37,464 bases of DNA, taken from the NCBI GenBank assembly GCA_021161495.1, contig JAGHAO010000079.1, positions 1 to 37,464 of the forward strand. The letters run 5' to 3'. Below, piece by piece: positions 9,003-17,456 of this stretch. Numbering within the stretch: the stretch's first letter is position 1; every line of letters begins with the position of its first letter. The stretch comes from Caldisericaceae bacterium (GTDB lineage: Bacteria; Caldisericota; Caldisericia; Caldisericales; Caldisericaceae). The notes under the pieces were generated by a model, which did not search any database, was not told the origin of the DNA, and saw nothing but the letters and a program-made list of their open reading frames with translations. A program made the position numbers and the translations under genes.

Positions 9003-10344
9003 TTTGCATCTTCTCCCAGAATTTTTTCGCAACCTCTTTTGCTTTTGCCATTACCGCTTCCTCGTCTATCTCAGTGAGTTTATGATCTTTCATAAGAACT
9101 TTTCCGTTTACGATAGTGGTGTTCACCACATTGTCGCGCATTCCGAAAATCAAATGATAAAAAGCGTTCCCTTCGTTAAACGGTGTGGGAGGGAAGTAAT
9201 CGAGAATCACGATATCGGCATAGGCGCCTTCCTCTATTACTCCGACCGGTTTATCAAAGAACTTTGCAAAAATTTTCCTGTTGTTTTCAAAAAGCATCTT
9301 CTGCGACTCCGCTCCTCCGACACGAGGATCCTTGTAATGCAGTTTGGGAAGAATGTATGCAACTTTTACGGATTCGAACATTGAGGGCGTATAACCGTCT
9401 GTTCCTATACCCGTAAGTATTCCTCTTTTGAAGAATTCTAAAATCGGCGCGACACCCACTGCGTTATTCATATTCGACTCGGGATTATGGACAACCATAG
9501 TATTCGTTTCTCTTAAAATGTCTATTTCTTTCTCGTTTATATGTATACAGTGGATTGCAAGTGTTTTGTCTCCGAGTATCCCGAATTTTTGCAATCTCTC
9601 AACAACCCTTGCACCGCTCTTTTTCAGAGAATCCTCCACATCTTCTTCGCCCTCCGCTACGTGAATGTGGAAACCCACACCCAACTTATCCGCTTCGCCT
9701 TTGCTAATTTCCAATGTTTCGTCGGAAAGAGTCAAAGATGCATGCATTCCGAAAGTTGCCGCGGTGAGTGTTTCGGGTTCCGTAATATTGTCTTTTTTCT
9801 TCTTCAAAATAAATCTGACATTTTCTCTGATGGAGGCATCCCTTGCCTCTTTACCCCATCTGTCGGACGTTTCGTAACAGAGTGCTGCCCTTACCCCTGC
9901 ATCGAGCACGGCACGTTCAACTATGTCAAGGCTCCCGTCAATCAACCCGAACGAAGCGTGGTGATCCAAAATTGCGGTTGTCCCTGTTTTTATGCCTTCT
10001 ATCAGCGGAACGATCGCACTGTAATAAATTTCTTCTTTCGTCGATAAATTCTTATCCAATTTCCACCAGAGTTTTTCAAGAATTTCCCCGAATGTTTTCG
10101 GAGGTTCTCCTTTGAGCGCCATACCCCGTGCAAATGTGCTGTAAAGATGCATATGGGCATTCAGAAAGCCCGGCATCACAAGCCTGTGCTCAGCATTTAT
10201 GAATTCGGCATTAGGATATTTTTTTCTGAGATCTTCCGTGTTTCCTATTTCCTCAATCGTTTCGCCTTGTATTGCTATCGCTCCGTCAGGAATAAACCCC
10301 TTTTCCCCGAGCGTTAAGATTGCGGCATTTCCTATTATCTTCAC
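8995..10344 (-). CDS. ssnA: SsnA-family putative aminohydrolase
   Basis: 449 aa with a GTG start and SD GGAGG. MPGFLNAHMHLYS, LWWKLD, TAILDHHAS, ALCYETSDR, HIHVAEG, VHNPESNMNNAVG and GTDGY match my recollection of E. coli SsnA. Confidence 0.82.
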   Translation of the reverse strand: MKIIGNAAILTLGEKGFIPDGAIAIQGETIEEIGNTEDLRKKYPNAEFINAEHRLVMPGFLNAHMHLYSTFARGMALKGEPPKTFGEILEKLWWKLDKNLSTKEEIYYSAIVPLIEGIKTGTTAILDHHASFGLIDGSLDIVERAVLDAGVRAALCYETSDRWGKEARDASIRENVRFILKKKKDNITEPETLTAATFGMHASLTLSDETLEISKGEADKLGVGFHIHVAEGEEDVEDSLKKSGARVVERLQKFGILGDKTLAIHCIHINEKEIDILRETNTMVVHNPESNMNNAVGVAPILEFFKRGILTGIGTDGYTPSMFESVKVAYILPKLHYKDPRVGGAESQKMLFENNRKIFAKFFDKPVGVIEEGAYADIVILDYFPPTPFNEGNAFYHLIFGMRDNVVNTTIVNGKVLMKDHKLTEIDEEAVMAKAKEVAKKFWEKMQND

Positions 10345-10355
10345 TCTTTACCTCC

Positions 10356-10406
10356 TTGATTAATTTTTGTAATATTATATTATATTTCATAAGATAAACG
10401 AAACAA
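10356..10406. promoter_or_regulatory. Back-to-back overlapping promoters for xdh (+) and the ssnA operon (-)
   Basis: Plus strand: TTGATT (10356-61), 16-nt spacer, TATTAT (10378-83). Minus strand: TTGTTT (10406-01), 16-nt spacer, TATAAT (10384-79). The two -10 hexamers occupy the same AT tract. Pattern match only. Confidence 0.4.
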
Positions 10407-10430
10407 ATTCCGAATACGATAGGAGGGCAT

Positions 10431-11285
10431 ATGCTGAAATTAAAGGGTGTGGAAGAAGTGTATTACCCCACTTCCGTAAAAGAAGCGGTGGATCTTTTAA
10501 GAAAAAACAAGGATGTCGCAGAGGTTGTCGGTGGCGGGTTGGACATATCAGTTCTTCCGAATCCACGCATCAAATACCTGATTTTTCTTGACAAACTGAA
10601 CCTAAACTATGTAAAAGACGCGGGAGAAAAAATTAAAATCGGAGCGATGTCCAGCATAACCGATATGATCAATGCGGAACCGCTCAAGGATTATTTGCAC
10701 GGGAGAGTCAAGGAAATTCTATCGGAGATTGCAACAGAACTTCTAAGAAACCAGATTACCGTTGGAGGTTCGCTCGGCAAAAGAGAACCTTATTCCGACA
10801 TTGTCACGTTACTTTACGGATTGAATGCAAAGGTGGTCCTTTCGGACGGAGAATGGGACGAAGAGCTCGGAATAAATGACCTTTACAGGGAAAATTTCAG
10901 AAAAGGATTAAAAGAAAGAATTATTAAAGAGGTAATTCTCGAAAAATACGACACGGGAAAATTTTTCTTCTCAATGAAGAGGCATATTCGCAACGCAACC
11001 GACATAGCACTTCTTAACGAAGCAATCTTAATAGAAAAAGACGGAAACAAAATCAAAAATGCAATTGTTGCGGTCGGCGCAAGGCCGAAACCTGCATATC
11101 TTTTCAGAGAAGCAACGGAATTCCTCAAAGGCAAAGAACTTTCAAAAGAACTTGCGGAAGAATTCGGCAAATTTGTGGAATCCAACGTGGAAACAGGAAC
11201 AGACATCCGGACAACTGCGGAATATAGGGCGCACATTGCAGGCGTCTTTGCAAAAAGAATTATTTTGGAATCTTTGGAGGGATAA
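10431..11285 (+). CDS. Molybdenum hydroxylase (xanthine dehydrogenase family) FAD-binding subunit
   Basis: 284 aa with CoxM/XdhB-like size and layout. It is immediately followed by the 2Fe-2S and molybdopterin subunits. SD GGAGGG is present. Confidence 0.78.
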   Translation: MLKLKGVEEVYYPTSVKEAVDLLRKNKDVAEVVGGGLDISVLPNPRIKYLIFLDKLNLNYVKDAGEKIKIGAMSSITDMINAEPLKDYLHGRVKEILSEIATELLRNQITVGGSLGKREPYSDIVTLLYGLNAKVVLSDGEWDEELGINDLYRENFRKGLKERIIKEVILEKYDTGKFFFSMKRHIRNATDIALLNEAILIEKDGNKIKNAIVAVGARPKPAYLFREATEFLKGKELSKELAEEFGKFVESNVETGTDIRTTAEYRAHIAGVFAKRIILESLEG

Positions 11286-11286
11286 A

Positions 11287-11760
11287 ATGAAAGTAAAATA
11301 CATTATCAACGGAAAAGAAGAAGAATACGAAATTCACCCGGGAGAAGTTTTGCTCGACGTTTTAAGAAGAAACGGACATACGGAAATAAAAGGAAACTGC
11401 TATTTGGGAACGTGCGGCGCTTGCACGGTGCTAATTGACGGTGTTCCGCACACAAGTTGCACGATACTTGCAGCAAAAGTAAACGGCAAAGAAATTACTA
11501 CAATCAAAGGAATCGGTGAACTGGATTCCCCTCACCCGCTCCAACAGGCATTCGTAAAAACAGGTGCCGTTCAGTGCGGTTTCTGCACTCCCGGTGCAAT
11601 ACTTTCCGCCTACGCTTTACTTAAGAAAAATCCTGATCCTACGGAAGAAGACATTAAAAAAGCACTTGACGGAAATTTATGCAGATGTACCGGTTACGTA
11701 CAACAGATCGAAGCGGTGAAATTTGCCGTAAAGCTTTTAAAGGAGGGCAAAAATGAGTGA
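11287..11760 (+). CDS. Molybdenum hydroxylase [2Fe-2S] small subunit
   Basis: 157 aa from ATG 11287 (MKVKYIINGK; SD GGAGGG). Cluster motifs are CYLGTCGACTV, and CGFCTPG plus CRCTGY. The track start at 11059 lies inside the previous gene and is rejected. Confidence 0.9.
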   Translation: MKVKYIINGKEEEYEIHPGEVLLDVLRRNGHTEIKGNCYLGTCGACTVLIDGVPHTSCTILAAKVNGKEITTIKGIGELDSPHPLQQAFVKTGAVQCGFCTPGAILSAYALLKKNPDPTEEDIKKALDGNLCRCTGYVQQIEAVKFAVKLLKEGKNE

Positions 11761-14065
11761 TTTTAAAGTTATAGGAAAGAAAACGGATAAAATCGACGCA
11801 ATGGCCCTTGCAACCGGCCAACCGCTGTTCGTTGACGATTTGCAACTTCCTGACACTCTTCAAATAAAAATTCTCTATTCTCCTTATGCGCATGCGATAA
11901 TAGAAGATATCGACACAAGCGAAGCGGAAAAATACCCCGGAGTAAAAATGGTTCTCACATATAAAAACACTCCGCATATAATACATACAACGGCGGGCCA
12001 GGGATGGCCGGAACCCTCTCCTTACGACACATATATGTTTGATAAAAAAATGCGTTTCGTGGGCGACAGGGTTGCCGCAGTTGCCGCAGAAACGGAAGAA
12101 CAAGCGGCAGAAGCGTTAAAACTCATAAAAGTCAAATATAAAGTACTTCCCGCCGTTTTCGATTCGGAAGAGGCAATTAAAGAAGGCGCACCCGTAATAC
12201 ATGACGAACCGGAAATCACGGGAGCATACGACCCGAAAAGAAACCTTGCGGCGCATATTGAAATAAGAGTGGGTGATGTCGAAAAAGGATTTGAAGAGTC
12301 AGACGTCGTTGTGGAAGAAACATTCGAAACACAGTACGCGCAACACACACCCATAGAACCACATGTAACGCTCACCTATCTCGACGAGTATGGAAGGCTT
12401 GTTATAAGGACGTCCACTCAGGTGCCGTTCCACGTGAGAAGAATCGTAGCACAAGCATTGGGAATACCGGTTCAGAAAATCAGAGTAGTAAAACCGAGAA
12501 TAGGCGGTGGGTTCGGCACAAAGCAGGAAATCATATTGGAAGAAATTTGCTCTTACGTAACCCTGAAAACAAAAAGGCCCGCAAGACTTCTTTATACAAG
12601 GGAAGAAGAGTTTATCTCGGCAAGAACAAGGCACCCGTTCAAAGTAAAAGTTAAAATAGGCGCAAAAAAAGACGGTATGCTTCACGCAATAAGACTTTAC
12701 ACATTAAGCAATACCGGAGCATATGGCTCTCACGGATTAACAGTCGCCTCAAATGCCGGCTCAAAAACACTCCCGCTTTACAACAAAGCGGAGAACGTGG
12801 AATTTGTCGCGGACATTGCATATACGAACCTCCCCGTTGCGGGAGCATACAGAGGATATGGTGCAACCCAAAGTTATGCAGCACTTGAACAGGCAATCGA
12901 TATGGTTGCGGAAAAATTGGGAATGGATCCTCTCGAGTTAAGAAAGAGAAATCATATACGTGCCGGAGAAACTTCACCGATATTCAAAGCGCTCGGCGAA
13001 GGAAGGGAAGGAGTAACGCAATACATTCAAAGTTGCGCACTGGACGAACTTTTAGAAAAAGGGGCAAAAGAAATCGGTTGGTTTAAAAAGCACGGCAAAG
13101 AAAGAAGGAACGGGAGCAAAGTCTACGGAATAGGAATGTCAATGCATATGCAGGGCTCGGGGATCCCACTTATCGATATGGGCGCGGCAACACTAAAAAT
13201 GAACGAGGACGGGTCCTTTAATTTGCTTTACGGCGGAACAGACATAGGCACGGGCCTTGATACGATCGCCGCACAGATTGTTGCGGAAACTCTCGGAATT
13301 AAGCCGGAACAGGTAATCGTATACGCTTCGGATACCGATATGACTCCGTTTGATGTGGGAGCCTACGCTTCGAGCGGAACATTCGTTTCCGGCGGTGCCG
13401 TTTTGAAAGCGGCATTAAAAGTAAGAGATCAAATTTTGGAAGTTGCAAAAGAAAAATTCGGAGAATTTGATACAAAAGATTTTATACTTGAAGACGGAAA
13501 AGTAATAAGTTTGAAAAGTGGAAAGAACATCACACTTTCCGAGATCGCATACGACACTCTTTATGTAAGGAACCAGCATCAAATTGCGGCAACCGGTTCG
13601 TTTGTTTCACCTTACTCCCCTCCTCCGTTCGCCGTTCATTTCGTGGAGATAGAAGTCGACGAAGAAACCGGCGTGATAAAACCGATAAAATACGTGGCGG
13701 CAGTGGATTGCGGAAAGCCTATTAACCCCGAACTTGTAAAGGGACAAATCATCGGTGCACTTGTAAACGGTTTAAGTTATGCGCTTACGGAAGAATATAT
13801 CTTCTCGAACAGCGGGAGGATGCTGAACCCGAACTTTATGGATTACAAAATTCCTTCCACAAGGGATATCCCTGAAATCAAAGTAATACTTGCGGAAACT
13901 TATGAACCCACAGGACCTTACGGAGCCAAATCGGTTGCGGAAATTAACATTAACGGGCCGATACCCGCAATCGGAAATGCACTTTACGATGCGTTGAAAA
14001 TAAGGCTTCACAAATCACCGTACACTCCAGAAAGGGTGTTAGAAGCGATCAAAAACAAAAAATAA
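11753..14065 (+). CDS. Molybdenum hydroxylase molybdopterin-binding large subunit, xanthine-dehydrogenase-like
   Basis: 770 aa with an ATGAGTGA overlap with the small subunit. GGGFGTKQE, AYRGYGATQ (Arg at the position that is Arg in xanthine-type enzymes) and GAKSVAE (catalytic Glu region) are present. Confidence 0.88.
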   Translation: MSDFKVIGKKTDKIDAMALATGQPLFVDDLQLPDTLQIKILYSPYAHAIIEDIDTSEAEKYPGVKMVLTYKNTPHIIHTTAGQGWPEPSPYDTYMFDKKMRFVGDRVAAVAAETEEQAAEALKLIKVKYKVLPAVFDSEEAIKEGAPVIHDEPEITGAYDPKRNLAAHIEIRVGDVEKGFEESDVVVEETFETQYAQHTPIEPHVTLTYLDEYGRLVIRTSTQVPFHVRRIVAQALGIPVQKIRVVKPRIGGGFGTKQEIILEEICSYVTLKTKRPARLLYTREEEFISARTRHPFKVKVKIGAKKDGMLHAIRLYTLSNTGAYGSHGLTVASNAGSKTLPLYNKAENVEFVADIAYTNLPVAGAYRGYGATQSYAALEQAIDMVAEKLGMDPLELRKRNHIRAGETSPIFKALGEGREGVTQYIQSCALDELLEKGAKEIGWFKKHGKERRNGSKVYGIGMSMHMQGSGIPLIDMGAATLKMNEDGSFNLLYGGTDIGTGLDTIAAQIVAETLGIKPEQVIVYASDTDMTPFDVGAYASSGTFVSGGAVLKAALKVRDQILEVAKEKFGEFDTKDFILEDGKVISLKSGKNITLSEIAYDTLYVRNQHQIAATGSFVSPYSPPPFAVHFVEIEVDEETGVIKPIKYVAAVDCGKPINPELVKGQIIGALVNGLSYALTEEYIFSNSGRMLNPNFMDYKIPSTRDIPEIKVILAETYEPTGPYGAKSVAEININGPIPAIGNALYDALKIRLHKSPYTPERVLEAIKNKK

Positions 14066-14097
14066 TTTCGAAAAGAAGAAAAGAACAGAAGATTACT

Positions 14098-14130
14098 AAA
14101 CGGGACGTTGAAATAGGCGTCCCGTTTTTG
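14098..14130. terminator. Bidirectional rho-independent terminator
   Basis: AAA-CGGGACG-TTGAAATAGG-CGTCCCG-TTTTTG has a perfect 7-bp stem (10 bp if the flanking A:T pairs are counted). A-run and T-run flanks serve both the xdh operon (+) and the convergent 14132-15907 genes (-). Confidence 0.75.
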
Positions 14131-14131
14131 T

Positions 14132-14467
14132 TTAAATTTTATGTTTCTTCTTCAAAATTTCAAGATTTCTTTTGATTATTCTGTCATTTGTTTCTTCGAA
14201 TGCGCTATGATGTTTATCGGTTAATTCTAATTTCCACCCTCCGATGATTTTAAGCGTAAGATTTATCAAAAGCCCCACGACAATGGCAAGAGCGAAAGAA
14301 CCGGCAAAAGAAAGAAAAAACGAAAGGCAGCAATCCGATATCATAACAGAATTGCCATACATTGTATGTGAGTTTGCAAACTTAACGGCATTTAAAAAAC
14401 CAACCAACAGCCCGTTAAAAATTCCGAAAACAAAGAAAAAGTCCATCGATACACTCTTTATTCTCAT
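14132..14467 (-). CDS. Small hypothetical membrane protein (two predicted TM helices, charged C-terminus)
   Basis: 111 aa. Hydrophobic segments are FFFVFGIFNGLLVGFLNAV and LSFFLSFAGSFALAIVVGLLINL. SD AGGAGAAG lies 5 nt upstream of ATG 14467. Confidence 0.6.
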   Translation of the reverse strand: MRIKSVSMDFFFVFGIFNGLLVGFLNAVKFANSHTMYGNSVMISDCCLSFFLSFAGSFALAIVVGLLINLTLKIIGGWKLELTDKHHSAFEETNDRIIKRNLEILKKKHKI

Positions 14468-14502
14468 ACACTTCTCCTTTGATTAAAGGGCCGGGAATTT
14501 CC

Positions 14503-14784
14503 TCAGATTATTTCCACTCCGTAATCTTCAATCATTACTCTGTAATCTTTTTCTATGAATTCCACAACCTTGGAAAGAGTTTTGCTTAGATGTTTCGAAG
14601 AGGTATTTACCGCAACAATTGCCACAACAGATTTTCTAAACGAATCCTGTTCGCTTACCTCGGCAACGGACACATTGAAATTCTGCCTTATGTGTGAAAA
14701 AAGGCTTGAACATACCTGCCTTTTATCTTTCAAAGAAAAAGTATTAGGTATGCCAAGCCTTACCGTGCAAATGCCAATCCGCAT
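14503..14784 (-). CDS. DUF503-family protein (YlxP-like)
   Basis: 93 aa. The MRIGICTVRLGIP..SLKDKRQV.. pattern and the size match the DUF503 family as I recall it. No clear SD; it starts 10 nt after the upstream stop. Confidence 0.7.
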   Translation of the reverse strand: MRIGICTVRLGIPNTFSLKDKRQVCSSLFSHIRQNFNVSVAEVSEQDSFRKSVVAIVAVNTSSKHLSKTLSKVVEFIEKDYRVMIEDYGVEII

Positions 14785-14794
14785 TGCTTTTATT

Positions 14795-15907
14795 TTATAT
14801 TACGGTTTTTTCCGTATCCTTATCAAAAAGGTGTATATATTTTGTGTCTATGTAAAGTTCCACTTCGTCTCCTATGGAATAACTCCTTGCCGCGCTAACC
14901 CTCGCAACGGCTACGGTATCTCCGAGTTTGAAGTGGATGAACGTTTCGGAACCCATCATTTCAATAAAATCGACGGTAATTTTTACAGGTTCCATATGGG
15001 AAGTGTTTTTCTCTCCTATTTCAGGTTTATCATAAAAATCTTTGGGCCTTATTCCCATAATCATATCTTTTCCTATGTATCCGGCCTTTTCGAGTGTTTC
15101 TCCCTGTTCTTTAAGAAGTCTGATCTTAAAATGTTCCGAAGTTGCATAGTAATCGGAACCTTCTTTAGTTATTTTAACGTCGACAAAGTTCATCGGAGGA
15201 GTCCCTACAAACCCCGCGACAAATTTGTTCACAGGATTATCGTAAACTTCCTTGGGCCTTCCAACCTGCTGTATAACACCCTTATTCATAACAACAACTC
15301 TGTCTCCGAGAGTCATAGCTTCCACCTGGTCGTGAGTCACGTAAATCGTGGTAACGCCAAGACGTTTATGAAGTTTGATAAGTTCTCCTCTTGTCTGAAC
15401 TCTAAGTTTTGCATCGAGGTTAGACAAAGGCTCGTCCATAAGGTAAACTTGCGGATTTCTGACGATTGCTCGGGCGAGAGCGACTCTCTGCCTTTGCCCG
15501 CCGGAAAGCTCCCTCGGCTTCCTTTTGAGCAGATTTTCCAAGCCAAGCATTGACGCTGCCTCTTTTACCCTTCGGTCAATTTCGTCTTTCGGCATTTTTC
15601 TGAGCCTCAACCCGAATGAAATGTTTTGGTAGACATTCATATGGGGATAAAGTGCGTAATTCTGGAAAACCATTGCAATATTTCTGTCTTTCGGGGGAAC
15701 GTCGTTAACGAGTTTGTCTCCTATGTATATTTCTCCGCTCGTGGGTTCTTCAAGGCCTGCCACCAGCCTCAAAGTGGTAGTTTTTCCGCACCCGGAAGGA
15801 CCAAGAAGTACCAAAAACTCGCCGTCATTCACATGAAGGTTTGCTTTGTTCACAGCTACAACATTTCCGAATTTCTTTGTAACATCTTTTAATATTACGT
15901 CAGCCAT
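14795..15907 (-). CDS. Sugar ABC transporter ATP-binding protein, MalK/MsmK/UgpC type
   Basis: 370 aa. Walker A GPSGCGKTT, Q-loop MVFQNYALYPHM, signature LSGGQRQR, Walker B YLMDEPLSNLD, plus a C-terminal regulatory (TOBE-like) domain. Confidence 0.9.
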   Translation of the reverse strand: MADVILKDVTKKFGNVVAVNKANLHVNDGEFLVLLGPSGCGKTTTLRLVAGLEEPTSGEIYIGDKLVNDVPPKDRNIAMVFQNYALYPHMNVYQNISFGLRLRKMPKDEIDRRVKEAASMLGLENLLKRKPRELSGGQRQRVALARAIVRNPQVYLMDEPLSNLDAKLRVQTRGELIKLHKRLGVTTIYVTHDQVEAMTLGDRVVVMNKGVIQQVGRPKEVYDNPVNKFVAGFVGTPPMNFVDVKITKEGSDYYATSEHFKIRLLKEQGETLEKAGYIGKDMIMGIRPKDFYDKPEIGEKNTSHMEPVKITVDFIEMMGSETFIHFKLGDTVAVARVSAARSYSIGDEVELYIDTKYIHLFDKDTEKTVI

Positions 15908-15944
15908 CTCACTCTCCTTTACCCGAATTCATAATTAACATTTC

Positions 15945-15977
15945 TTGAAATTATACTTTTATATAAAATATAGTCAA
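15945..15977. promoter_or_regulatory. Interleaved divergent promoters (malK-like on minus, glycogen operon on plus)
   Basis: Minus strand: TTGACT (15977-72), 16-nt spacer, TATAAT (15955-50). Plus strand: TTGAAA (15945-50), 18-nt spacer, TATAGT (15969-74). Each -35 overlaps the other's -10. Pattern match only. Confidence 0.45.
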
Positions 15978-16004
15978 GTTTTAAAAATTTCAAAGGAGCT
16001 AATA

Positions 16005-17456
16005 ATGGAAAATAAAGTTATTATTTGGTTGCATATGCACCAACCCGAGTATTTTGACCCCGTTTCCGGGATTCAATATCTTCCGTGGGTAAGAAGGCAT
16101 TTACTTAAAGGATATTATACGGTAGGCAACTTATTAAAAAAATACCCTGCAAAAATTAATATAAACTTTTCAGGCATATTGCTTAAACAAATTAAGCGAT
16201 ACACGGAAAACCTAACGGACTATTACGATTATTTGGAACGCAAAGATGCAAACAGCCTTACGGAAAGCGAAGTAAGTTTTATAATCTCGAAATTCTTAAC
16301 CCGGATAAACGGATTTAACCAGAAAAGATTCATTGAACTCATTAATAAAAAAGAAAAGAGAGAGAAATTTACGACAAACGATTTAAGGGATACTCAAATA
16401 CTTTTCACCCTTTACGCTTTTTCCGCATTAAACAAAAACGCAAACGAATTTTTAAAGAAGGAACGCAATTTTACCGAATCCGACAAGGAGGAAATTAAGA
16501 AAATCGAAAAAGAAACAATCGAAAGTATTCTTCCACTTTACAAGGAACTCTCAGAAAATGGAACAATAGAACTTACCATAACGCCGATGTATCACCCCAT
16601 TTTACCCCTGTTAATAGATACGAATTCCGCAAAGGAGAGTAAACCGGATTCGATTTTACCCGTTTCTACGTTTACTCATCCGGAAGATGCCGATATGCAA
16701 ATAAAAGAAGGTATCGAAATCTTCGAACAAATATTCGGCAAAAAACCGGAAGGTATGTGGCCCTCCGAAGGAAGTGTTTCGGAAAAAGCAATAGAGATTA
16801 CGGAAGATAATAAAATACAATGGATTGGAACCGACGAAGAAGTGTTAAAACGTTCGTTAAATAATGCGGATAAGTTAGTATACTCGAAAAAAGGGATAAA
16901 AATGATTTTTAGAAACCACTCTCTTACCGACAAAATCGCATTTACTTATAACAAAATAAATCCTTCGGATGCGGCATCCGACTTTAAAAACTACGTGCAA
17001 AATTCAAACAGAACAGAAGTTGTAATTTTAGACGGAGAAAATCCGTGGGATTATTATGAAAACGGAGGAATAAACTTTCTTACGGAATGGTTCAAAGCAT
17101 TGGAAAAAATAAGCATTTTGGGAAGCGAGGCCGAAACGGAAGGGGAGATTGAACATATCACGCCCGGTTCCTGGATTAACGGATTTTTTGATACCTGGAT
17201 AGGGCACAAAGAAAGCAATACTGCTTGGGAATACTTAACGGAAGCAAGAGAAAAACTAAAGGGAAGTAAGAATGCAATGAAAGAACTTTATATTGCGGAA
17301 GGAAGTGATTGGTTCTGGTGGTACAGCGACTTTCACAAAAACGAAGTGGATTTCTCATTTGACCATTTATTCAGAATGCATCTTATCAAAGCGTATGAAC
17401 TTTCCGGGGAGATAATCCCCGGATACTTATTCTATCCGATTAAGGAGGAAAAATGA
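16005..17456 (+). CDS. Glycoside hydrolase family 57 protein (amylase/pullulanase-like subgroup)
   Basis: 483 aa from ATG 16005 (SD AAAGGAG; the track start 15945 is a TTG without SD). GH57 conserved regions: HMHQPEY, MWPSEGSVS (nucleophile Glu), ILDGENPWDYY (acid/base Asp), AEGSDWFWWY. Confidence 0.85.
   Translation: MENKVIIWLHMHQPEYFDPVSGIQYLPWVRRHLLKGYYTVGNLLKKYPAKININFSGILLKQIKRYTENLTDYYDYLERKDANSLTESEVSFIISKFLTRINGFNQKRFIELINKKEKREKFTTNDLRDTQILFTLYAFSALNKNANEFLKKERNFTESDKEEIKKIEKETIESILPLYKELSENGTIELTITPMYHPILPLLIDTNSAKESKPDSILPVSTFTHPEDADMQIKEGIEIFEQIFGKKPEGMWPSEGSVSEKAIEITEDNKIQWIGTDEEVLKRSLNNADKLVYSKKGIKMIFRNHSLTDKIAFTYNKINPSDAASDFKNYVQNSNRTEVVILDGENPWDYYENGGINFLTEWFKALEKISILGSEAETEGEIEHITPGSWINGFFDTWIGHKESNTAWEYLTEAREKLKGSKNAMKELYIAEGSDWFWWYSDFHKNEVDFSFDHLFRMHLIKAYELSGEIIPGYLFYPIKEEK

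Noticed and set aside
9003-9032. Longer N-terminal extensions offered by the ORF track: ade 9032, 2Fe-2S 11059, GH57 15945 (TTG), PGM 21831 (TTG), envelope protein 27354, dnaK 34525, grpE 35096
   Set aside because: In each case a downstream start has a proper SD at 4-9 nt and restores the family-typical N-terminus. The upstream start lacks an SD or lies inside the preceding gene.
10431-11285. Atypical FAD motif (GGGLD instead of the GG[TQ]DL-type) in the Mo-hydroxylase medium subunit
   Set aside because: This motif varies widely in the family. I cannot judge its significance without an alignment.
1-14065. Selenocysteine recoding (in-frame TGA) in the selenium-linked ygeY/ssnA/xdh context
   Set aside because: All ORFs are continuous at full family-typical length. 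No in-frame TGA interruption or split gene was seen.
14555-15553. 332-aa plus-strand ORF spanning DUF503, an intergenic gap and the MalK-like gene in antisense
   Set aside because: It is codon-aligned antisense to the ATPase and runs across a gene boundary. It has no SD and no recognisable motifs.
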